From the NCBI RefSeq assembly GCF_006345805.1, contig NW_021829210.1, forward strand, positions 1 through 6,669: 6,669 nucleotides of DNA, read 5' to 3'. The DNA comes from Octopus sinensis (lineage: Eukaryota). The notes under the pieces were generated by a model, which ran no database searches, was not told the DNA's origin, and saw only the letters and a list, made by a program, of their open reading frames with translations. Both the position numbers and the translations under genes were made by a program. Of this stretch, positions 1 through 6,426 are shown piece by piece; positions within the stretch are counted from its first letter, which is position 1, and each line of letters opens with the position of its first letter.

Positions 1-253
1 CATACGCGCGCCCATACACACACACGTGCGCACACACATATGCACAGGCGTATCCATGTCTGCAAACATGTAGGCGATGACAAGCCCCATGGAGCTGTGT
101 CTGGCCACTTAGAATAAGCAACACAAAGATAAGTCTGAGAGTTAATCCAAAGCCACCGAGTAAGGATTAAATATTCTAATACATATGTATACATGCTTGT
201 ACGTATATCTGTGTGTGCACGTGTGTTATATACAGGTGTGTCCAGGTGTTTCT

Positions 254-410
254 AAGCCGTTATATCTGGCAATTGTTTATCTGGAGGAAACCTTCAATAG
301 AGTCCGTTCTTGTGATAAGGTAATCTCTGGGGAAGCTAAGATTAGTGAAAAGGCTTGTGAAGGCCACGCAAGCCATGTACAGGGTTGCTCTTGGCAAAGT
401 GAGTGTTCGA
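254..410 (+). pseudogene. Decayed reverse-transcriptase fragment of an RTE-clade non-LTR retrotransposon
   Basis: 254-304 translates to KPLYLAIVYLEETFNRV, resembling the LINE RT motif KPLYxAFVDLEKAFDRV. After a frameshift, 312-410 reads [32 protein letters not shown], resembling RTE-type VIWWSLRKLGVEEWLVxAVQAMYxxAxSKVRV. One frameshift, one stop, and the conserved Asp residues are lost. Confidence 0.8.
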
Positions 411-507
411 TATATATAACATATATATATATACATACATAATATATATGTATATATACATACATATATATATATATATATACATGCATATATATACAAT
501 ATATATA

Positions 508-538
<31 letters not shown>

Positions 539-584
539 CATATAGTATATATATAGTATATATATAATATATATTATATATATA

Positions 585-624
<40 letters not shown>

Positions 625-632
625 CATATACT

Positions 633-682
<50 letters not shown>

Positions 683-777
683 ATATATATACAGATATAT
701 ATATATATATACTATATATATATATATATATCTAATATATATATTATATATACATATATACTCACATATATATACAT

Positions 778-809
<32 letters not shown>

Positions 810-883
810 TACTCACAATATATACATTATATATATATATATTATATAATATATATACATATATACTCACATATATTATACAT

Positions 884-924
<41 letters not shown>

Positions 925-927
925 ATA
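410..927. repeat. Compound (TA)n/(TACA)n microsatellite
   Basis: About 520 bp of interrupted TA dinucleotide repeat. The block TACATATATACTCAC..TATACATTAT recurs three times, with CTCAC at 761, 812 and 866. Confidence 0.97.
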
Positions 928-1023
928 ATCCACTCACAAAGTTTTAATTGGTCTGATGTCACGCAGAGGGACTGAACACGGAACCGAGTGGTTGGGAAAC
1001 ATGCTTCTTACCACACAACCACA
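928..1023 (-). mobile_element. Internally deleted tRNA-derived SINE fragment (same family as 2811-2951 and 4435-4737; OR/CORE-type octopus SINE by recall)
   Basis: Shares ATCCACTCACAA and GGGACTGAAC..GGAACC..GCTTCT.ACCACAC with 2811-2951. The minus strand reads a tRNA-like head GTGGTTGTGTGGTAAGAAGC...GTTCAGTCCC with A- and B-box-like motifs. Confidence 0.8.
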
Positions 1024-1634
1024 TTTATTTGTGCGCGTGTGTACGAATCCACATTTATACACAGCTCATCTGACTAAAAGCCAGGACGGTTGCTGACCTG
1101 TGACCTGTCACATGATTATGGATGACGCTGTCGTCTCGTTTTCTATTTATTTATTTTTTTACCCCGTTGCCTACCGTTTCTTCGATTCTAACTCGAGCAG
1201 ACTTCAGGTCCAAAGCATTCCAACCACGCCCACCTACGACTGAATTGGCGAACGAACGCCAAACACACTTTCACGGCGATTTTAAGGCGATTTAACTTCT
1301 ATTTCCAGGAATATACGAGGTTTTCTTTCGTGAGGGTCGTTGATTTCAAGGGAAGCAACTCTAAACGCTTATTTCCCTTGTGTCATGTGACAAGCACAGA
1401 GGCCTGACTATGACTGGGCGAGCACCTGTTCATTGATGGGCCGTCCTCGACACCTGGCTATACTCAACACACACATATATACTGATATATATATATGTTT
1501 ATATATACATTCCGCCCTGGATCTAAATCCTTACTCATAAAACGTAAGTAGTATATTTTGTTATTGTTTATATTATTTCACTGTACCTGTTTACTTCACG
1601 TTACTGACGGAGCGTGTCATATATATATATATAT

Positions 1635-1973
1635 AATCAATAATAACAAAGGGTAAAATTAATTAATTAAGAAGTAATCAATAATTTCACCAAGCAGAAT
1701 TCGGCATGAAAAAAGGACCAATTCACGGTAAACTTAAGTAATACTTAATAAATAGGGTTCGGCAAAGATTTGCTTTACCACATACCGAAATTTAGAAATA
1801 GCAGCCAAATACGTTAGCTATTTCTTCTACTTTAAAAAGGGACTCCAAGTATTGTGGTTTTTTCTGGGAGTCCCTTTTTAAAGTAGAAGAAATAGCTAAG
1901 GTTTTTTGGCTGCTATTTCTAAATTTCGGTATGTGGTAAAGCAAATCTTTGCTGAACCCTATTTATTAAGTAT
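1635..1973 (-). mobile_element. (TA)n-embedded long inverted-repeat element with one-sided tail (unclassified non-autonomous element)
   Basis: Arms 1741-1846 and 1867-1973 are reverse complements (106/107 bp, 3 substitutions + 1 indel) around a 20-nt spacer. An unpaired ~105-bp segment (1635-1740) lies on one side only. (TA)n on both flanks. Strand is assigned by convention (hairpin then tail). Confidence 0.75.
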
Positions 1974-2327
1974 GTATATATATATATATGTTTATATATA
2001 TGATTATAAGGTTGCGTGTTATGGCGGGTCAGAGGGTGACCATTCGTTTCGCGTCCAAACTACTCCCCTAATGTCTAAGAACGTGCTTCTTTTTCGGATA
2101 TACGACCTACTGGCCGATCGATGTATGTCATTATTCAGTTTTATTTTCAAGGTTTCTTGCCAGTAGAAAAAGAGCCGATTTCTAACCAAGATCCAAGGCT
2201 CCTTCAATGGAATTTCAACATCAATTGGGTATGTGTGTGTGTGTGTGTATGAATGAATGAACGAACGTAGACGCCGATCGTGTGTATAATCGTGCATGGA
2301 AGCACCGAGAGAGTTGATGTTTTTATT

Positions 2328-2559
2328 GGCGAGCTGGCAGAGTGGTTAGCACGCCGGGCGAAATGCTTAGCGGTATTTCGTCTGTCGTTACGTTCTGAGT
2401 TCAAATTCCGCCGAGGTCAACTTTGCCTTTCATCCTTTCGGGGTCGATAAATTAAGTACCAGTTTCGCACTGGTGGGGGGGTGATATAATCGACTCAATC
2501 CCTTCGTCTGTCCTTGTTTGTCCCTCTATATTTAGCCCCTTGTGGGCAGTAAAGAAATA
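2328..2559 (+). mobile_element. Full-length tRNA-derived SINE (octopus OK-type with Nin/Deu-like central domain, by recall)
   Basis: Pol III A box TGGCAGAGTGG at 2335-2345, B-box-like GTTCAAATTCC at 2399-2409, central GCCTTTCATCCTTTCGGGGTCGATAAATTAAGTACCAG, 3' end CCCCTTGTGGGCAGTAAAGAAATA. Colinear with the second copy at 6427-6654. Confidence 0.92.
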
Positions 2560-2571
2560 TATTTTGCAAAT

Positions 2572-2761
2572 AACGCAGGAGTATAGGTGTGAAAGCACCT
2601 TAGAAGACGGAGAAATAGCTTCTACAGAAAAAACGGACTCTGCACCTGTCTGTATTTTTGATAGGTACAGAGTTCTATTATCTCCATCGGCTTCTTTTCC
2701 CTCTTATAAGGGTATTTGTACCCGATCTTCTAAGACGTTTTCACAGCTATTCTCTTGCGTT
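2572..2761 (+). other. Branched fold-back (nested imperfect inverted repeats) followed by a T-rich tail and (TA)n
   Basis: 2572-2607 pairs gap-free with 2726-2761 (30 Watson-Crick, 2 G-T, 4 mismatches). Inner stems: 2609-2618/2675-2685, 2636-2650/2660-2674 and GGGTA-TTTG-TACCC at 2710-2723. Confidence 0.65.
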
Positions 2762-2774
2762 CGTGATTTATTTT

Positions 2775-2810
<36 letters not shown>

Positions 2811-2812
<2 letters not shown>

Positions 2813-2951
2813 CGGGCTTCTTTCAGTTTCCGTCTACCAAATCCATACTCACAAGGCTTTGATCGACCCGAGGCCGTAGCAGAAGACACTCAGTCACAAA
2901 GTGGGACTGAACCTGGAACCATATCGTCGGAAAGCAAGCTTCTAACCACAC
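2811..2951 (-). mobile_element. tRNA-derived SINE 5' half (OR/CORE-type)
   Basis: Near-identical to 4649-4727 (GACGGGCTTCTTTCAGTTTCCGTCTACCAAATCCA..CTCACAAGGCTTTG..GAAGACACT), then continues into the tRNA-like head shared with 928-1023. Abuts (TA)n at 2778-2810. Confidence 0.88.
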
Positions 2952-3011
2952 TTACATACGTATAGAGCTCTCTCTCTCTCATATATATATATATAAATAT
3001 ATTATATATCT

Positions 3012-3101
3012 ATACTTATAACAACGAGGGTCTTTCCAACAAGTTGCTAGACCACATACCGAAGTATTAGAAATAGCAGCCAGAGACTTTCACCCTTTAT
3101 C

Positions 3102-3103
<2 letters not shown>
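3012..3103 (+). mobile_element. Single-arm relative of the 1635-1973 element
   Basis: 3051-3082 ACCACATACCGAAGTATTAGAAATAGCAGCCA versus 1777-1807 ACCACATACCGAAATTTAGAAATAGCAGCCA. Both arms start ATACTTA..AGGGT..TTGCT. Flanked by (TA)n on both sides. Confidence 0.7.
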
Positions 3104-3160
<57 letters not shown>

Positions 3161-3161
<1 letters not shown>

Positions 3162-3484
3162 AATTATAATTTAGGGTATCTAAGAGATACCCCACGCGTG
3201 GAAATAGCAGCCAAAACCTGACTCTAAAACCACATTAAACGTTCATACCGCACCAGAAGTAGCAAAAAATTTCTAGTTTATTTTGTCTTCTTCTCTTCTC
3301 TCCTGGTGCGGTATGAACGTTTAATGTGGTTTTAGAGTCAAGTTTTGACTGCTATTTCCAGCGTGGTGGTATCTCTTAGATACCCTAAATTATAAATTTA
3401 ATAATAATCATTACCTTTTGGAGGTTTTTATTCCCATGCTGGCCACTTGATAAGATTGATATTTAGATTAACGATCTTATCCTT
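3161..3484 (+). mobile_element. Second (TA)n-embedded long inverted-repeat element with one-sided tail
   Basis: Arms 3161-3256 and 3303-3399 are reverse complements (~96 bp, 2 substitutions + 3 single-base indels) around a 46-nt spacer. Unpaired ~85-bp tail at 3400-3484. (TA)n on both flanks. Confidence 0.75.
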
Positions 3485-3643
3485 ATATATATATATATAT
3501 ATATATATACATCCCTTAATTTCGTTTATGAGAAACGTTTTTGACTATGTATATAAAGCTTTCCTTTTTTATTATCCCAGTTACAGTTTCATAATATCAA
3601 CTAGTAATAGCAGCTGTACCAAGCTGCACCAATATGATGTAGG

Positions 3644-4112
3644 TAATAATAATAATAATAATACTAAATAATAATGATAATAATAATGATGATGATGATG
3701 ATGATGATACTAAATGATAATAATAAATAATAATAATAATACTAAATAATTAATATAATAATAAAGATAATAATAAACAACAACAATAATAATAACAACA
3801 ACAACAATAATAATAATACTAAATAATAATAATAATAATACTAAATAATAATAATAATAATACTAAATAATAATAATAATAATAATAATAAATAATAATA
3901 ATAAATAATAATAATAATAATACTAAATAATAAATAATAAATAATAATAATAACAACAACAATAATAATAATAATAATACTAAATAATGATAATAATAAT
4001 AATAAAGATAATAATAAATAATAATAAACAACAACAATAATAACAACAACAACAATAATAATAATACTAAATAATAATAATAATAATACTAAATAATAAT
4101 AATAATAATAAT
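3644..4112. repeat. Compound (AAT)n microsatellite with GAT/AAC/ACTAA interruptions
   Basis: About 470 bp of AAT repeat. A block beginning ATAAAGATAATAATAAA and containing CAACAAC runs recurs at ~3761 and ~4002. Confidence 0.97.
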
Positions 4113-4184
4113 CGTTTCTACTATAGGCACAAGGCCTGAAGTCTTGGAGAACAGATTAAGTCAGTTACAGCAACCCCAATACTC
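4113..4184 (-). mobile_element. Degenerate 3' end of an OK-related SINE
   Basis: GATTAAGTCAGTTACAGCAACCCCA resembles the reverse complement of TGGGGTCGATGTAATCGACTTAATC in the SINE at 6570-6594. Its 3' end points into the (AAT)n tract. Confidence 0.6.
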
Positions 4185-4420
4185 ATTATTATTATTATTA
4201 TTTCTTTATTAACCACAAATGGTTTACATTAAGGAAAGCATTGTGGACAACCCATGAACAGATGGAATGTGGTGGGGGTCACGTGAAAGTCGTATAAACA
4301 ATGATTAACAATCGCTTATAACAACAGAATTCCTCCAAAAGAAGGACACCTCCTAGCACTGCTCGGGGAAATAATAATAATCCATGGATGGAATAAACTT
4401 CGCAGACACTCGCATTGATT
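4185..4420 (-). mobile_element. Probable 3' UTR fragment of a non-LTR retroelement
   Basis: The minus strand ends CCATTTGTGGTTAATAAAGAAA(TAA)n, with an AATAAA signal and a simple-repeat tail. This is similar to the SINE terminus CCCCTTGTGGGCAGTAAAGAAATA, but the body does not match the SINE. The 5' boundary is uncertain. Confidence 0.45.
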
Positions 4421-4434
4421 TGTTTCCCTATAAC

Positions 4435-4737
4435 TTACTCTTTTACATGTTTCAGTCATCTGACTGTGGCCATGCTGGGGTACCGCCTTCAGTCAAGCAC
4501 ATCGACCCCAGGAGTTATTCCTTGTAAGCCTAGTACTTTTTCTATCGGTCTCTTTCGGCCGAACTGCTAAGGTACAGGGACGTAAACACACCAGCATCGG
4601 TTGTCAAGCGATGATGAGGGTGGTGCAAACACACACATATATATATGCGACGGGCTTCTTTCAGTTTCCGTCTACCAAATCCACTCACAAGGCTTTGGTT
4701 GGCCCGAGGCTATAGTAGAAGACACTTGCCCAAGATG
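4435..4737 (-). mobile_element. 5'-truncated SINE (OR2/CORE-type by recall) with internal (TA)/(TG) microsatellite
   Basis: 4649-4727 matches 2811-2891. The minus strand has the CORE-like TTGGGCAAGTGTCTT, then a microsatellite, then a 3' body with GATAGAAAAAGTACTAG..CTGGGGTCGAT resembling the Nin-like block of the other SINE. Confidence 0.85.
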
Positions 4738-4950
4738 AACCCTGTAATTCCCTTTATATAACGGTATTTTTTCATAGCGTTTTTCAGATGGCCAGATAAC
4801 CGAAGAGATGGTGTTGTGGATTTCCACTTCGGCATCTGAAACTCAGAGTTTTATCTTGACTATTGAATAATGGTAACATATTAATTTATGTCGTCTCTTT
4901 GTGTGTTTTGCGTTCTTGTCCCCTTTTGTAATTTTTATATATAATTTTTA
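4738..4950 (+). mobile_element. Penelope-like element pseudo-LTR fragment carrying a hammerhead motif
   Basis: Hammerhead fold at 4794-4856 followed by a T-rich 3' segment running into TA/TACA repeats. It replaces the missing head of the adjacent SINE. Confidence 0.6.
4794..4856 (+). ncRNA. Type-I hammerhead ribozyme-like motif (U4C core variant)
   Basis: Stem I AGAUAA(4794-4799)/UUAUCU(4851-4856). Core CCGAAGA(4800-4806). Stem II GAUG/CAUC with inner GUGGA/UCCAC. GAAA(4838-4841). Stem III A-CUC-a-GAG-U. Predicted cleavage after GUU (4850). Confidence 0.65.
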
Positions 4951-5016
4951 TACATACATATATATGAGTCTAAGTCCCCTTATTCGTTTTCTACATATCT
5001 TAGAATCCCATTTATA

Positions 5017-5476
5017 TCATCATCATTGTTTAGCATCCGCTTTCCATGCTAGCATGGGTTGGACGGTTCAACTGGGGTCTGGGAGGCCAGAAGGCTGCAC
5101 AGGCCCAGTCTGATCTGGCAATGTTTCTACGGCTGGATGCCCTTCCTAACGCCAACCAGTCCGTGAGTGTAGTGGGTGCTTTTTACGTGCCACTGGCACA
5201 GGTGTCAGACGGGGCTGGCAAACGGCCACGGTCGGATGGTGCTTTTTACGTGCCACCAGCATAGGGGCCAGGTGAGGCTGGCAAACGGCCATGATTGGAT
5301 GGTGATTTTTACGTGCCACAGGCATGGGGGCCAGGCGAAGCTGACAACGGCCACGATCGGATGGTGCATTTTACGTGCCACCAGCATGGGGGCCAGGCCA
5401 GGCTGGCAAACGGCTATGATCGGATGGTGCTTTTTACATGCCACCGGCACGGGGGCCAGGCGAGGCTGGCAACAGC
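5017..5476 (-). mobile_element. RTE-related non-autonomous repeat (Ceph-like domain) with internal minisatellite and (GAT)n tail
   Basis: The minus strand has GGTTGGCGTTAGGAAGGGCATCCAGCCGTAGAAA and ends CCAACCCATGCTAGCATGGAAAGCGGATGCTAAACAATGATGATGAT. Homologous to 6149-6426. Confidence 0.8.
5175..5476. repeat. GC-rich minisatellite, ~4.8 copies of a 62-63 bp unit
   Basis: Units start at 5175, 5238, 5301, 5363 and 5426. Approximate consensus GGTGCTTTTTACGTGCCACCGGCATGGGGGCCAGGCGAGGCTGGCAAACGGCCACGATCGGAT. Confidence 0.95.
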
Positions 5477-5611
5477 AAAGAATATTAAATCATCTGCAGA
5501 ACTTGGCTACTATATTACTTTATTAACTTACCAAGATGAAAGGCTGGGTCGAATTCTGGATGTGATGGTACCAAGGCAATCTCTCCCTCCCCCGCCTCTC
5601 TCTCTCTGTTA

Positions 5612-5798
5612 ATTGTAAATGAGTCTCCCCGTCATACAAGCAGTGTCATTCATTTCCAATCTACTACAGACACATCGAACTTCTTGGAAGTAGATGACAG
5701 TTGGGTACAGGAAGAGCACCCTCCTATAGAAAATATGTCTCAATAGATTTTATCCCAACGACATAAGAATAGCCAAATAGCTGTTAAAATAATGATGC
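5612..5798 (+). mobile_element. Old, diverged RTE-related SINE 3' portion
   Basis: GTTGGGTACAGGAAGAGCACCCTCCTATAGAAAA resembles GTTGGCGTTAGGAAGGGCATCCAGCCGTAGAAA of 5017-5476 (minus strand). Ends GTTAAAATAATGATG like that family's tail. Confidence 0.6.
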
Positions 5799-5923
5799 TC
5801 TCTCTCAACTAACATCTATCTCTCTATCTGTATATCTATCTATCTACCTATTTATCTGTTTACCTATGTCTGTCTGTCTATTCTCCCATCCATCTATATA
5901 TATATATGTATATATATATATAT
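5798..5923. repeat. Compound (CT)n/(CTAT)n/(CTGT)n/(TA)n microsatellite
   Basis: Degenerate tetranucleotide repeats grading into (TA)n. Confidence 0.85.
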
Positions 5924-6126
5924 AAAGTTAATCCAAACAAGAAAGCCCAACAAAACACAACAATGCGAGGACATGGAACAAATATAGTATTATTGGACGC
6001 TCAGGAAAGAAGGAGGGTTTAACGTTTCGAGCGGAGCTCTTTGTCAGAAACATAGGAAAAGGAAAGATCCAGAGAAGGGAAGACAGAGGAAAAAAAATCG
6101 CCAACGGTACACACGCGGTCACATTT
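5924..6126 (-). mobile_element. Penelope-like element pseudo-LTR fragment inserted in (TA)n
   Basis: About 200-bp module, pyrimidine-rich on the minus strand, with a central minimal hammerhead. Flanked directly by (TA)n at 5895-5923 and 6126-6150. Confidence 0.7.
6017..6051 (-). ncRNA. Minimal type-I hammerhead ribozyme motif, G8A (probably inactive copy)
   Basis: Minus strand: GUUU-CUGACAAA-GAGC-UCC-GCUC-GAAA-CG-UU^AAAC. Stem I GUUU/AAAC, stem II GAGC/GCUC, and palindromic ACGU in place of stem III. Confidence 0.75.
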
Positions 6127-6148
6127 ATATATATATGTATATATATAT

Positions 6149-6426
6149 ATCATCGTTTAAGGTCTAGTTTCGATGTTGGCATGGGTTGGACGATTTGACT
6201 GAGGACTGGCGAACCAGATGGCTGCACCAGACTCCAATCTGATCTGGCAGAGTTTCTATAGCTGGATGCCCTTCCTAACGCCAACCACTCCAAGAGTGCA
6301 GTGGGTGAATTTATGCACCACCTGCACAAGGGCCAGTCAGGCAGCACTGGCAACAACTTTGCTCAGATGTTGTTTATCACATTACTGGCACAAGTGCCAG
6401 TAATTTGACGCTGGTAATGATCATGC
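6149..6426 (-). mobile_element. Second RTE-related repeat copy, interrupted by a SINE
   Basis: Aligns with 5017-5240 (GCATGGGTTGGACG, TCTGATCTGGCA, GCTGGATGCCCTTCCTAACGCCAACCA), followed by diverged minisatellite-like units from ~6304. Confidence 0.8.

Noticed and set aside
109-127. Further copy of the GAAATAGCAGCCAAA core (TTAGAATAAGCAACACAAA)
   Set aside because: It needs several mismatches and indels in AT-rich sequence and has no partner arm.
260-676. Y/I-rich ORFs (260-676, 277-489, 342-638 and similar ones at 2540-2889 and 3447-3671)
   Set aside because: They are translations of stop-free (TA)n repeats and adjacent repeat fragments, with no protein-like composition.
1741-1973. Hammerhead, twister or pre-miRNA within the long inverted repeats
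   Set aside because: No ribozyme core was found by eye on either strand. The arms are longer and more perfect than typical pre-miRNAs and there is no expression evidence.
2040-2225. Possible additional interspersed repeat
   Set aside because: It seems familiar, but there is no second copy, terminus or diagnostic motif in this window to support a call.
2328-2415. tRNA gene (also at 6427-6510)
   Set aside because: A and B boxes are present, but the anticodon region is replaced by a long hairpin and the sequence continues into a SINE body present twice.
2702-2735. Third hammerhead (TCTTA/TAAGA enclosing GGGTA-TTTG-TACCC)
   Set aside because: Neither the CUGANGA nor the GAAA core is present, and the 3' part is better explained by the long outer stem.
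3819-4055. Poly-Leu/Ile/Tyr ORF resembling a membrane peptide
   Set aside because: It is the translation of the (TTA)n strand of the microsatellite.
5175-5476. CRISPR-like array or repeat-protein ORFs (5046-5612)
   Set aside because: Units are similar along their whole length with no unique spacers, there are no cas genes, and the context is eukaryotic. ORFs stay open only because the GC-rich unit lacks stops.
5500-5560. Very old minus-strand OK-type SINE fragment (GATGAAAGGC..GTCGA)
   Set aside because: Only about 15 matching bases, too short to list as a feature.
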